From: Eledone cirrhosa | Taxonomy: Eukaryota | Direction of reading: 5' to 3' | NCBI GenBank assembly: GCA_964016885.1 | Contig: OZ024740.1 | Location: forward strand, 282,410,001 to 282,474,000 | Length of the DNA stretch: 64,000 nt | In this document: positions 27,815 through 41,454 of the stretch, piece by piece | Numbering within the stretch: the stretch's first letter is position 1 | How the letters are laid out: every line of letters begins with the position of its first letter | Made by a program: the position numbers and the translations under genes | Notes under the pieces: generated by a model | The model's database searches: none | The model's input: the letters and a program-made list of their open reading frames with translations, nothing else | What the model was told of the DNA's origin: nothing

Positions 27815-27881
<67 letters not shown>

Positions 27882-28428
27882 GAGAGAGAAAGAGGAATAT
27901 CCACGGTTAGTTTTGGGGTCTAGTTTGCATGAAATAAAAATGTATGTTTTTAATGTATCTATGTAATTATACCTCTATCTATATATGTGAGTATATGTAC
28001 TTTTGTGATCTCAGAAAATTATGCATTTTGGCTATATGTCAACATGCATTTATCTGGGATTGATTACTTATACATAGACCCACTTGAAAAGATTTACTAT
28101 TTTATATTTTATTATACATCATACGCTATACTATATACAATGTACCATACTGAACTATATTATATTACATTATTATATTACATTAATTGTTTCTACTTTA
28201 GGCACAAGGCCAGCAATGACCCAGTGCATTACTGGTACTTTATTTTATCGACCCCGTAAGGATGAAAGGCAAAGTCAACCTCGGCGGGATTTGAACTCAG
28301 ATCGTAAAGGGACATAACTATGCTGGAAAGCATGGCGTCCGACCCTCTACCGATACTGCCAATCCACTGCCCTTATATATTACATTAATGCGGGGGATTG
28401 GCACTATCGGTAGAGGGTCGGACGCCAT
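27368..28428. repeat. Inverted duplication (~330-bp arms) around a (GT)n/(AG)n spacer
   Basis: 27368-27697 matches 27896-28428 inverted; the right arm is interrupted by a SINE. The mirror ORFs 27349- and 27987+ share their first ~42 residues. Confidence 0.9.
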
Positions 28429-28578
28429 GCTTTGCAACAAAAAGTTACGGCCCTTTATGGTCTGAGTTCAAATCCTGCCGAGGTTAACTTTGCCTTTCAT
28501 CCTTACGGGGTCGATAAAATAAAGTACCAGTAATACACTGGGATAATTGCTGGCCGTGTGCCGAAAGTAGAAACAATT
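28186..28578. mobile_element. Two full SINE copies head-to-head (28186-28372 minus, 28391-28578 plus)
   Basis: A and B boxes, core and tail are present in both. The minus copy is flanked by a TATATTACATTAAT duplication. Confidence 0.9.
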
Positions 28579-29229
28579 ATATAATATAATTATATTATTG
28601 TATTTTATTATCTTATTATAATTTTCATCTTTTAATATACTATCCTTCCTAGTTATGACCATTACTTTACCTATCTATATTTATCCTAGTTGTTTGCGTA
28701 TATTTTATATTTCTTTATTTATATTCACCTAAAAACCCCATACAACACAACTCAACATATAATTTTTACATCCCATTTTAAAACTTCACTCCACCATCTA
28801 CATTCCACTATCAATACAACAATCCCTTTTCTTCATAGGTTCTTCATAGTAATTCTATGTTTAACACCATTCAACCATTCCTTTCAAAAGGTCATGACCT
28901 TAACTAAAGTCAGTTATATTTCGTCTTAACATCATATGGCAAAACGCCATTTGATTGGTTTGTTCTTCAGCTACCTCCAAATAAGGTCATAGAACTCAAT
29001 TTACTATTGATTTTGAATAACATTTTCATTGCTTTTGACAACGGCTGACGATATACACGTAGGTAAATATATTCCTTATTTGATATTTCGTAACTAACCT
29101 TACATAGATCGATAACGAAATATGCGTACGATGTATTATTATCACTTAAAAACGATCGTAAAGCAGTAAAGTATATTCCTAATGACTTGAATTTTTATTT
29201 CATTGTTTTAACTTATATATATATATATA

Positions 29230-29283
<54 letters not shown>

Positions 29284-30299
29284 TTATATACGTGACCCTG
29301 CTTGATATGCAGACAAGGGGCAGCAACATTTTCACATGGTTTATTAAGTGTAACTTATGAACAAACAGACGGTGTAGTGGGATTAGAGCCAGGCTGGTAG
29401 AAAAGGAAACATTTCTATGTGGTAAAAGCAAAGCACCCAACATGTTCATTTTAAGTCTACTCCACATGTTTTCCCATGCACACCACCTTCTCCTCTCAGC
29501 TATCACTTTCTAACAACTTCATTTAGCTTGATAGGGAATTTGGCCTTTCTATACTTGACCCCGCATCATCACGCTTATCACTATTTCCTTTATTATCATT
29601 ATCACCATCATCCATCTATTCCTCTATCTATCTCTCATCTCAGCCAATATCTTCCTCTGCTAAGCATAGCTTTCCCCACCGCCCCCCCCCTCTCTCACTC
29701 TCTCTCTGTCTCTTCCTCTGCCCCCCCCCCCCCTCTCTCTCTCTCTCTTGTTACTTTCTACCACTGATCCTCATCGTTTGTTCTTCGTATGACCTCGTCA
29801 ACCATCCTTCTGCCTATCCCTCTGTCGCTCTTCATTCTTCATAACTCCAACGTTACGTATTCAAATTCCTACCACCAACGACATATAGCGCTAATGAATT
29901 GTCTTGCTCAACATATTCTGTTAGCCCGGCCCATCTAGAAGGACAGGCATTCCAATTAAGTACTGGCTTGTTCCGTAACACCCTGTCCCACTTCTGCCAT
30001 CTTAGACGACGAACGTAAATGATGATGATGATAGTTTTAGTGGGGCTACTGCTAGTGGTGACAATGATGAAAAATCATCCAAATGCCTATTGTCTCACTC
30101 ACTGACATACTACATGATATTGAAATAATATATGTGACCAATCAGAAACTGAAATCCATCCTACTAACTACAACAACCGTGTTGTGCATATCGAAATACT
30201 AACAAATTATTTATAATTTTTCAATTAACTGACACACAACACATTACATATAAAACATGATACGCAAGGACACGTCAGCTACACGCTGAAGTATACTGC

Positions 30300-31150
30300 A
30301 TTCACAAGTTGAAGCCAATATACCTGCAATCTAAATATATTCTAAACACTTCCCCAATGGTATGTTTTATTAATTTTTTTCTAGCAAGCACGACAATTTT
30401 TAAACGTGTAAAGATGCATTTAGATGTATTTTACACATTTGTCTAGTTTTATAAGGTTTATCATTATGGTCTTTATCATCTGCTATAGACAATCTAAGCT
30501 GAAACTCTACTACTTTCCATGGCTACGCGGATAACACCAATGTTGAACGCAGAAGCTTTTCCACAGAAACCATAATTCAACGAGCTCTTTTCTGGTTCGG
30601 ATAAGTTTCTCCTATCTCCTTTGATGTGGCATATGTTTCTGTTGTTATTGGATTGGCAGTATCGATAGTGCATCAGACACCATGCTTATGGCCATTTACG
30701 TTCTGAATTCAAATCCCGCCGAAGTTAACTTGGCCTTTCATCCTCATGGGGTTGATAAAATAAAGCATTGGGGTAATTGCTGGCCTTGTGCCATAAGTAG
30801 AAACAATTATTGAACAGGAGGCATCTTGTATTGCCCTCCGTCAAACTGGCTTCTCATTAGCAACAATTTTCCATTTATTGTGATCAATATGGAACTTGTT
30901 CAAATGTCTTTGGGACGTAGCATGTATCTTTCTTGTGTAACTGGTTTGAAATTCATTTGTCTAGCCACCTCAGTTATCGTTTACAACGTTTCAAGTAGTC
31001 TCCCTTTCTAAATAGGGCAGATGTCAAAGTTTCAGTTAACTGAGACTAGCTTTGCAACTTCAGGATAGAAATTTCCTTTAGCGATGTTCAGATCCTGGAA
31101 ATCAAGCAAGAGAGAGAACTGTTGTTTGAGGTGATTTAAATTTTCTGGGT
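30300..31150 (-). mobile_element. Decayed RTE-like LINE 3' fragment interrupted by a SINE (30648-30810, plus strand)
   Basis: Minus-strand LNKFHIDHNKWKIVANEKPV*RRAIQDA resembles the RTE ORF C-terminus. The SINE core is clear. Confidence 0.5.
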
Positions 31151-31996
31151 TATTTTAAGAAAATACTGTGGGAATATACATTATTTTTATGTCAAATTGG
31201 TGAAAGCAACGAGATAATTATTATATCGCTTCAGATTTAGTTTTAATACATCTCATATATATAGAATATGTAGAGAAAAAATTTTTTGTGGTGAGTATTT
31301 CTCATGAAGTGTATATAAACATGTAGCTTCGCATAGTGACAGAATAGCGTTATGTCCTGTGTTGACTTTCTGTTGAAGTCAACTTTGTTTTACTTCTTAC
31401 CAAGATTGATGAAATTCGCACCAACATGCTAGGTTTAACATTGACTATAAAAATTTAGAGGACACTTCATTATTAAAGCTCTATAAAGACTAAAACCAGT
31501 TAAATAATATATATAGAAAGAGATTGGGTAAACAACTTTTATTAGCCGTCTTCTACTTTCTATATCCATACATTTCTTTCGAGAACTCAGCATATACGAT
31601 ATAAAACATTTTATGGAGAAGCGCACTCTACTACATATGATTTGAAATTTAATTTGTTTTGTTTCCCAATAGATATTTGTTATATATTTCTGTAGCTGGC
31701 AACTCAATTGTATCTCATTTGTATTATCTGTAACTGAGCTTGTGAATTTTCTTTAAGCTTTGCATCCTATAATATTATTATTTTGCCGATAGGTGTCTGA
31801 ATAATTTATATATTGTTATACTTTTTAATGGATCTCTATTTCTGCGATAATTCTTGTCATGTCCATTTATATCCTTACACAATAGATTTCATTACAGTAA
31901 AAGTAGAAACTTTGCGTTCATACGAACACATATATACATACGTTATATTGCGACTCAAAATATTTTTCATTAGAAACAGTTAAAAATAAAACTTAC

Positions 31997-32590
31997 CGTT
32001 CTGGTCACTAAGAAACATTTGTTTTGCTGCCGAACATGCTTTAGCATTTAGAATTCCACTGTTCATTGATAAAGAGTCAAAACTTTCAAAGGTATGCACA
32101 AAATCTTTAGAAGGTTCACTTGCAATGCCGTTTAGCTCTTCTCTGTCCACGTACGGACCAATTCCAACGACAAGTATTTTAATTCCTTCTTGCTTCAATA
32201 ATTTCGCCTCACTTTCTGTCCGTTTGTAGTCACTTGATTGTCCGTCGGTAAATACTATTAGAATTCGATCAGCATGTTGATGGCGTCGTCGCATAAAGCC
32301 GTTACTTCTTATTCTGTGAAGAGCGTAACCTGTTTTTGTGGCACCTCCCATGAACCTTACAGTTTTAATACGTCTTAAAATCATTGATTTATCTTGTAAG
32401 TCATTTAATCGCCATATAGGGAAATATTTGTGAGTATAAAATGACAGGGCCACGCGGGTCTTTCTAGAATCTATCTGAAATTTGGATATGACTTTTTTTA
32501 AAATATGCAGTTGTTTTCTAAAATCAGTGTCTCGAATACTTGATGAAGAATCCATTAGAAAAAAGACATCAGCCACAATGTTTTGACATA
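31997..32590 (-). CDS. VWA-domain protein, exon encoding a complete VWA2 domain
   Basis: Acceptor TTTTTCTTACAG|TA at 32590 and donor G|GTAAGT at 31997. 594 nt, phase 1-1. Encodes CQNIVADVFFLMDSSSSI...TRVALSFY...GGATKTG...ILIVFTDGQS...ILVVGIG with an intact MIDAS. Confidence 0.93.
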
Positions 32591-32696
32591 CTGTAAGAAA
32601 AAGCAGTAATTGAATATTATAATTATTTCAAGTTAAGCATGAAAATAATATAAGTGAACAATAATTGTGAATAAATGCTTTTCAAATATATATACA

Positions 32697-35600
32697 CTAG
32701 CAGAGGCTTCCGGCGTTGCCCGGTAATGAAATTGTTCCAAATATAGAAGAAAAAAGCAAAATATGTTGTATAGAAATTTGTTATTCTAAATTCAATTTAT
32801 TCTTAAATTGGGATACATGATGAATTCATAATACAAACAAAATTATAATAATAATAAAAAACGAAAATACAAAATTTACCACTTTTATGAAGGAAGATGA
32901 ATTCTATCACATATGTTGAAAGAAATTACGTAAGAGCTTCTGGGTAAACAACATTCTTTGTTTTCTGGTTTGGGTCATAGACAAATACGTGTTGTAAATT
33001 ACCCACCCTGGAGCAACCAACATAAAGTTGACCATGAGAAAAGCACGACTCAATTAAGTGCAAGCCAGTAGTTTTCAAAGTCTGCCCTTGAGCTTTATTA
33101 ATAGATATTGCGAAGCAAAATCGCACTGAAAATTGTGTTCGTTTGAACGCAAATGGCATGCCTCTTGGTTTGATTGGAGTTCTTGGAATAAAAGCCTCTG
33201 CTCCAGAAGCACACCTAGTGATGATGGTAGCTTCTATCACATTAGGTGATAATGTCTTCACAATCAACCTTGTATCATTGCATAATTTAGGAGGATCTAA
33301 ATTTCTTAGAAGCATTATTGGGACTCCTACCTTCAGAAAAAGTTTATGTAGAGGAGTTTCAGGTGGTTCAGAGAATTAAGGAACTCTGCTGAGTAGTGAA
33401 CAGCTTGATTTTCACCTAGAACTGAATCAACTGATTTGTACTCCTTAATGACTGTTGGAATCTTATTCATTAATTCATGGTTAATCCTTGCTACTCTTTC
33501 TTTTTTTGTTTTAGCAAGAATTGCATTTCACACAACCATTTATGTGAATTATAATTATTACTTAAGTCTGGAAATATCCTGTTCTTCAATTCAGCTGGGG
33601 AATTCACCATGATAGCAATATGAACCAAATTGATATCACCGTTGCCAACAATTGGTACTTTTCCATTTCGTAATTGGAAACAGGTCTGCACATCGATCCC
33701 CATGTAATAAAGCTCGCATGTTAGTATTGAAGAAGAAGTTCTGTACTTTATTCCATAGGTGCGAAGACTTAATGCATGCTTTTATTTCAGCAGCTCTTGT
33801 TCCTCTCGGAATGACTGGTAATGTCTGTCTGAAGTCTCCTTATAAAGCTAATGTAACTTCTCCCATAGATTTATTGTTACCTGTAAGGTCTTATCAAGAG
33901 CTTCCATTGCCCCTTTATGTGACATGGTGCATTCATCCCAAATGATCAGGTAGCATTGGCGCAACACTTCTGAACCTGAACCTTTGCTTATGTTACAAAT
34001 TGGACTGTCATTTGTGATCAGGTTTAGCTTTAATTTAAAATCACAATGAGTGAGTTGTTCGTCATCCCGGGGGAAGGGTGGCAGTAATTCCAGACGAAGC
34101 TACAGCAAATGCAATTCTTTTTTGTTGCCTTACCTTGGAGAGAAGCAATGTTGTTACAAATGTTTTACCTGTGCCACCAGGAGCATTAAGAGAGAAAATT
34201 CCTCCACTTTTTTCTCTGATTGACGAAATAATTTTAATCATATGCACAGCATTGTTCTGGAAGAAGTTTAGGTTCATGCAGCCAGCTCTGTTGTGTCATA
34301 ATGTGTCTCTCTTGCTATGTCTCTTGAAGTTAAATCACTAATTTGACGGTTTGCTTTTGGCAGTCTAGAGCCAGACTCTTGTAAATATTTGCCTCCCATG
34401 GCCAAAACTTGATCCTCAATTTCAATCAGTGCTTGGTTAAAATCTTTTTCAGAGATCTGAATATTGATCTCGGTTTGCTTGTTGAACTGCATACTTTAAG
34501 TCCGCAGCCATGTCCTCACGATGTTTCATCCAAAGCTGTAGGGGGCTGCCAAGTTCCCACATGTTCAGCATAATTGCAAAAATGTTACGGAGTTTCCTTG
34601 GGGTGATCTGACACTGATGCTTCAGTCAAGGCAAGGTCCCAATGCTTATCATTTTCTAAAAAAAACCTTCTTCATAGTATGCTTCCCTATAAGGTTCACA
34701 CACATGAGCATTTACCATTCTCAAATCTTGGAATAATTTGTGATTACGAACTGCATCCAAAAGGAGCCGCAAGTAGTAGCATTCTGCTTGGCTTGGGTGT
34801 ACAATGTAAACTCTTGCAAGGGCGTCAGCCCCACGTTTCCTCTTGTGCACATTATTGTCTCTCCAGGTGTATTACTTGGTTAATTCTAGGTAAAGGAGTT
34901 TTCTTGCATCTTCATCTTAGTGACACAACTTAAAAAAGGCAATAATGGTAGTTTCTTTTGGAGAAAGTGTTTGTTGCAAGGCTGTTTGGCTATTCTCTAG
35001 ATGGACACTCAGATTAATGATGGCTGGGTGCTTCTCATGAATGGAAGATTGAAGATGCGCCAAAAGTCTCATTGCTACTGATGTATCTTTCTCTCTCATA
35101 CTGTGTAACTTCGTCATTTTATTTATCTGTTCACTGCCATTCTGCATAAGAGTGTATGTTACAGCATCTAAACCTTTGTTTATATATTTGCAAACATACT
35201 TAATAGACTTAACAGAGTTGCAGAATTCAACATTGATATGGGCTTTGAAAGTTTTTGTAAGAAGAGAACAGAAGGGTACAACCCACCGATTGTCAATGAT
35301 GAATTCTTGCCCATTTCTTTTTTTTTTTTCGAAGTGAATGCACCATGCCCCGGTTTTCTGTAAAGTGGGTAGCCACCTTCTCCAGTTTGGGTTTCTTGTA
35401 CAAAGGGACGTGGGTAGTTCTCTATACACTTATTATCCCTCATGCATGGGGAATTGAACCACAGGTCCCATGAATCATCTGGGATTTGACAATTTCATGA
35501 AGGAAAGGATCTTTCTGTGGATCAGGCAGTTCAGCTGATATAAATAAATCAATATCATTTGGCCGAAGTTTTTCATGTAACCAAATCAAAATGTGGGCAT

Positions 35601-37345
35601 GCGGCAATCCTCGTTTTGCCATTCAACTGTGTACATATCACATTTGACTGGTCCAAAGATTTCACATTTTTTTAGTAATCAGCCTTATGACGTTAAGTCT
35701 GAACACCCTATCTATAATATCATAGCGATCTTTGGGTTCTTGATGATGATAAAGCTTACTCTTTATTTCATGTGATGTTGGGTTACATGTGAATAATGAA
35801 GATGTCTGGACGACCATAGTGTCTGACATATGAAAGTGGATCTTGGTTGCGCTCATTCATATATCAAGGAATTCCTGTAAAGCTTGATGGAAGAATAATA
35901 CAAATCTGTCCTATGTTATCAGCAGCCAATGCTCCTTCTTTACTGATTGCATCTCCCAGGTGATATTTCTGATGTGTTCTAATGTAAAGAAGCTTTTCTT
36001 CTTCAATTTTTGCATACATATCAACTGCAAATTGCTGAAAGAGCTCACGTCAAAGATGAAGAATATTGAAGTCCTGCTCTCTTAATATGAAATGGTAAGC
36101 ATATAATTCCATGCAACTTACTGTTTTTGTCAGTGCAGGAGCTTCTGTTTTAAGATCTTTTTTTTTTTTTTTTTTGTTAATACCAAAGTGATATCCATCT
36201 TGGCCAAATACACAGATTAATGGATACTGGAGTGCATTATATGATTGGAGGGTTGAATTTTGCTGCTGCATCTTATTTCATCTTCCTTGAATAATAATTG
36301 TTTCTACTTTAGGCACAAGGCCAGAAATTACCCAGTGCATTACTTCCTTGAATAATAATATCTCTCTTCCCATATTCGTCGCCTGTAATAATTGCTGCTT
36401 CATTTACGGCAGGGGTATTGTAGCAGCCTCTCTGTTCAGCCACAGGCTTTTTGTCTGCATCAATAAATATCTTGTATTCAGTGGGTGGTGCAGATTATAA
36501 TGCATACTTGAAAATTCTGATACAGCTACTGTTTGCATTCAACATAACATATCTTGCAGATCAAAGATTAACTCTTCTTTCAAATTGGGAAAGCTAAATG
36601 ATCGTTGCAATGCCTGCTCCTTGTAATTTGCCACAAAATATAGCTGTAAAAACTAAGGATTGTTGCCTTCAGTTGGCAACAAAGATCCAATACGATAGTA
36701 TACTTGACCTTGAACTTTAAAAGTTGGCTTCATGTTCCCTTCTCTTATAATATTGTTACCAAAGTAGGTCATTTGGAAAGCGGAATTATAATTATTTCCT
36801 TTACAAAGATTGCACTCTTTTGACATTGCTCCAATATCAATCAATTTCTCTGTAGAATAATCATGTTTTGGACCATAGTTGAAAGCTGATCTTTTCCAAG
36901 CTCCCTTGAAAGGTACAACTCTTTTGTCAAAAGTACTCAGCCTATCTTGATCAAGACGCTTACGTCTTTCCTCTGAGGATTGGCGAAGTCTTGCAGCAAC
37001 TGCTTGCTCCTAGTTTTTTCTTAATCTAATCTCTCGCTGACCTATTGTCTCATAACTTTAGTAGCTTCTCTTTGTCCTTTAAACGTTTTTCTCTTTCCTA
37101 TTTTGACTCTTGGCTCCTGGTGATTGCATTTTGTTGATGTAATTGTTCTAACCATTTTCCCCTTGCCTCCTGTGACTCATTGGCTCTGCCTGCAGCAGCT
37201 CTCTTCCGGTCGTTTTCATGTCCTTGCTGTCGTTGTGCAGGGGTCTCTAGTGACCTTGCTCTGGCTACCTGTACTCGTTTTGCTTCACTGTAGAATGCTG
37301 ATCATCTACATCTACCCTGCCTCCTCTTGTAGAGAGTGAGAACAT
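32697..37345 (-). mobile_element. Decayed autonomous Helitron (Rep + PIF1 helicase) with intact 3' terminus
   Basis: Rep motifs KRGLPHAHILIWL, HINVEFCNSVKSIKYVCKYINKG, ECYYLRLLL; Walker A APGGTGKT; PIF1 C-terminus SINKAQGQT, FSHGQLYVGCSRV. Many stops and frameshifts. 3' hairpin CCGGGCAACGCCGG (32710-32723) followed by CTAG|T (32697). 5' end not found. Confidence 0.95.
36299..36342 (-). mobile_element. 44-bp SINE tail insertion with a perfect 17-bp TSD, inside the Helitron
   Basis: CTTCCTTGAATAATAAT at 36282-36298 and 36343-36359 flanks the SINE 3' end. Confidence 0.9.
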
Positions 37346-37689
37346 TTTTCCCGAAAACCTTTTCGAAAATTAAAATGGGGATTAAAGGAAAAAATGCGTG
37401 AAAGTTACTTGAAAATTCTTCACGTAATAGTAACCCCGCCAACACATATCTTTGTAACTTTATTTTTCTGCTATTGATATGGACGCGGCGTTGTTACAGA
37501 ATCCACGATATATGTTATTGCTAAAAGGTTGACGATACAGTAATATTAATGAAATAGGAGCACTCTGTCTTCTAATCGTTAGCTACTGGCACCGATAACT
37601 AGGTGAGATTTTGGAGATGTGACCGGTGTATTTTTGCAAATAACCGGTGTATTTTTGCAAATAACTGTTTTTCCGTTTAGCCGTCACTG

Positions 37690-38190
37690 TTATTGGTTCT
37701 ATAATTTTCACTCGCAGCCTCCTCTTCTCCGTCATTTCAGGTGCTTAGAGTAGAAAACCTTTAAATGGCACTTACTTCTACACGCGTAACAGCTGAACCT
37801 CCTGTTCCGCAACATTAGTTTTATAGTTTTTGTTTCTGTTTTGTTTCCACGACAATGTGTTATTCTGGAATGGCCTTTCCAGGGATTATTAGAACTTGTA
37901 ACTCCATATTAACCCCTCTCCAAACACATATTTCATATATCCTCGTAGACTGTTTGCAACCCCACCTTTCATGTCATGGTTCGTGATAATAATAAAACTT
38001 TCACTTTGTGACAGGCAGTTGTATATTACTTTTCTCCTTGTGTTCTCTTCGAGTAAATCGTCTGGCAAGAACGCAGAAGATTTCGTAGAATACATGCTCC
38101 ACATTCTGTTTTCTGAGTTGACCCATTTTCAGGCGACATTGGCAAAGGATCTACTGCTTTTGTCGCCGCCTTCGATGCTGGTTGCCATAT
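37690..38190 (-). pseudogene. Decayed LINE ORF1/gag-like fragment with CCHC knuckle remnant
   Basis: Reads ...IKLMLRNRRFSCYACRSKCHLKVFY; 37750-37791 fits C-X2-C-X4-H-X4-(C>Y). Confidence 0.5.
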
Positions 38191-38539
38191 GTGAAATCGT
38201 CTTTTTTTCTATATAATGCAACTGTTTGCTTATTTAAGGATTATCTCTTTTTCTTGCTGTTTGTCAAATTTTATTTTTTTATTTTCACCGAATATTTGAG
38301 GTTAGAAAATGTTTGAAAACCTGTTCAAATTTCTTGGGATCTGTCTACCAGACGAAGAAGCGTTACTGTACAAGTAAGTAAATATTTACGATATGAAACA
38401 AAATTATCGGACGACAAATCTTATTTTTTCCCACATGTTAAAAGCGGTACATACCTAATTATTTTAAAGCGTAATAATCGAAAGAAAATTTCATTAAAGT
38501 ATAAACAATATGTTTGAAAGTATATATGGGCTCAGTATA

Positions 38540-39450
38540 TTTATTCTAAAACTTATCCTGTTAGGCCAATATAAATTGCTTCAGTATCGTCTTTTGGGGT
38601 ATTTTTGTGCCTTTGTGTAATGAATACAATCAAAAGAGGCGGCTGATATTGCATATATGTAATAAGCATGGAATATTTCTGTAATTTCTGCTATTGACAG
38701 TAGCCAAATTTTGGATACAACTATAACTGACTTTGATGTTAATTTTATTGAAGATTTTGTATGATTGTGTAGGATCGTTGGCGTATAGGATATGGAAAAC
38801 CTGCAACTCTATTGGGTATCTAAAGTGAAGCCGATCTTGTCATTACATTTTTCATGCTGGATATATTTTATTCATGTTTTAATGCACTCTCTTTTTATGT
38901 ATCATTGTAATATATGAACGAAAGCGTTTTTCTCCACACATATAAACGGAACATTGTAACTATGTGGCTATCTGTTATTCAAGATAAAGTGTATAATTGA
39001 AGGGAAATTGCGTTACTGTATCTGGCAGGAAATGCATCCAGTATTTATTTCAGCATCCTCTATGGAAGTCACATTCACATGACACAAATATGTTTGGGAG
39101 ACATATCGACAAGGATGATATGTTATTGCAGGTGTTCTGATGTGGTGAGCTCAGATAATTTATTATTTATGTAGAATTTTTGTTATTGATCCAGGGTATT
39201 TGAATTGTAACTAACTTTCATTTTATTTCTATTAAAGATTTGTGGTACGTGTTTGAGTATAATAAAACGAAAGCTTGTGGATGAAATAGATGCTACCTTT
39301 AAATTGAAACGATGCGATGACCCAATTAGTTTTTTTGTGTGTTTTGTGTATTCTGTGTTGGTATTCTTTAAAAATATTTCTAGAAAATTGATTACATCTA
39401 TATTAGTATTTATGGTAATTCTTTCAAAAATTCTATTAAGTCAACCCAAC
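38540..39450 (-). mobile_element. Two highly decayed Penelope-like fragments
   Basis: Minus-strand QIFNRNKMKVSYNS (about 39200-39245), YKIFNKINIKVSYSCIQNL (about 38705-38765) and AIYIGLT (about 38560-38580). These match the PLE linker/GIY-YIG region seen at 2400-2500. Confidence 0.55.
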
Positions 39451-40106
39451 ATCCATATTTCCTTTGCCGATTAATCAAAATTGGCGTATATATTCTGAAT
39501 ATACAGTTTAAGGCAGCTCCCTGTTTTCTAGTAAACTGCCATATTTATAATAACATCGAAGACATGAAACTACTAGTTTGGATGATGGTATAATCTCAGA
39601 TTATATTCAAAAACATATATACGCGTATGAGTGTGTATGTGTCTTTAGAATATGTTATATTAGGGTTACGGTGGATTTGCATGGCAGCCTGATGCAAGTA
39701 TAATTAGTTTCTCCCTTGATTCCGCTTAAAACATCGTAAAAAGCTATTTTGCTCATAATATCAGGAGTAATTGAATCTATCTCAAACGATATTTCAATAT
39801 TTTTGATACAGTTAACCTCGGAGTTAAAACTGCGATCTGCATTGAAATAACGTTATATACTAAAGTGTATTTTATATATTCCGAAATGCCTCAAACAAAT
39901 TACGACATTAATTTCATTCACTCTCTCTCTAGTATACACACATACACACACGCACGCACACGCACACACACACACATATATATACAGTATATATATATAA
40001 AAGAGAGAGAGAGACCTGTTTCTTTCTCAAAGAAATTTTCATTGTTCTTGCCACTGCCCACTCTCCTCTACCTTTCTATTTCTTCTTTAATTCATCATTC
40101 TATTTT

Positions 40107-40139
40107 CTGATGAAGGACAAGCTTCCGAAAGATTAAGAC
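40107..40139 (+). ncRNA. Degenerate minimal hammerhead-like motif
   Basis: CTGATGA-A-GGA-CAAGCT-TCC-GAAA-GATTA. Similar cassette style to the motif at 6486. Confidence 0.4.
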
Positions 40140-40294
40140 ACTTTTCCTTCCTACTGTATCAAGTATAACACTAATATATTTCGTCATTGTACTGTGTCGT
40201 TTGCATTGTTATTTCTGTTTACACAGACACACACATTCACACACACACATACACACAGACACACACGTACACACACACATACACACACACACAT

Positions 40295-40326
<32 letters not shown>

Positions 40327-40894
40327 TTATATATGCATAAATATATATGTGAGTTTGTGAAATTGTGTGGTTGTGCGTGTGTTTGTGCATGTGTTTGTGT
40401 GTGTATGTGTCTGAGAATGTGTGTGTGCGTTTCTTTGTGTGTATGATTCCCTCTCTCACACTCTCTGTGCCTGTGTTATAAATGTGTCAATTTAGACGCG
40501 CTAGCAGAACACGTTTTCAATACACGAATAGAATGTACTAATACACAAAAGATATTTGTTCATTGGAAGGACATTTCAAGTTATAAATATACCCAGTCTT
40601 CGGTTCAGCAATTACTCTCTTTCGGTACTTTGGAAATATGATATAAGTATGTCAATCTTAACATTTCATGCTTTATGTTGAAAGAATAATGTTTTAAGAT
40701 GTGTATGTGAAAAGTGAAGCTTAAATGATTAATATTTCTATAGAGAAGAAAGAAAAGAATGTTAATAAAACTGCTAAAATCATAAACCAGAAAATTTCAC
40801 ATGCATTTCATACATCCATTTTTAATTATCAATGGAAGACATTTGCTATATAGCTACACACACACATACACTCACCCACGTACACACACACACA

Positions 40895-40966
<72 letters not shown>

Positions 40967-40968
<2 letters not shown>

Positions 40969-41068
40969 AGTGATGTCCAAAAAATCTATACATATTTGAT
41001 TACCTGTACAGGCAACATTTATTAGAATGCTATTGAAGTATATATACATTTCTGGAGGGACACCCTGT
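40967..41068. mobile_element. Short Tc1/mariner-type MITE
   Basis: Imperfect TIRs AAGTGATGTCC...GGACACCCTG with TA flanks. Confidence 0.45.
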
Positions 41069-41454
41069 ATATATATTATCGAATATATTATATACATATT
41101 TTCCTTTTTTATAGAATCAGCGACGGCAAGAATAATCTCTTAATTTCAAACAACACTATATATAGCCTATACGCCTTTGCATATACATATTTCTCTTGCG
41201 TTATTCAGTACCCTCCAATATGTTTGTGAAAATATTTACGAATTATATATAGATATACATGTTTAGTATCCTTCAAAAATGACGGGGTATATAGTAAAAC
41301 ATAGCTTATTCTATGCGAAGAGATTTGAATTCCAAAGTTTTTCTTGGCCTTCATAATATTTAATATACCACCCTACAACACTACCGTCAATAAAACACAC
41401 TCACATATTATTCTATTATTTCGTTATGTGTTCCAGCCGATGGGCCATATATAT

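Noticed and set aside
29045-29165. CTGACGA ... AAAACGATCGTA
   Set aside because: G12 is missing and stems I and II are unconvincing; at best a heavily decayed HHR.
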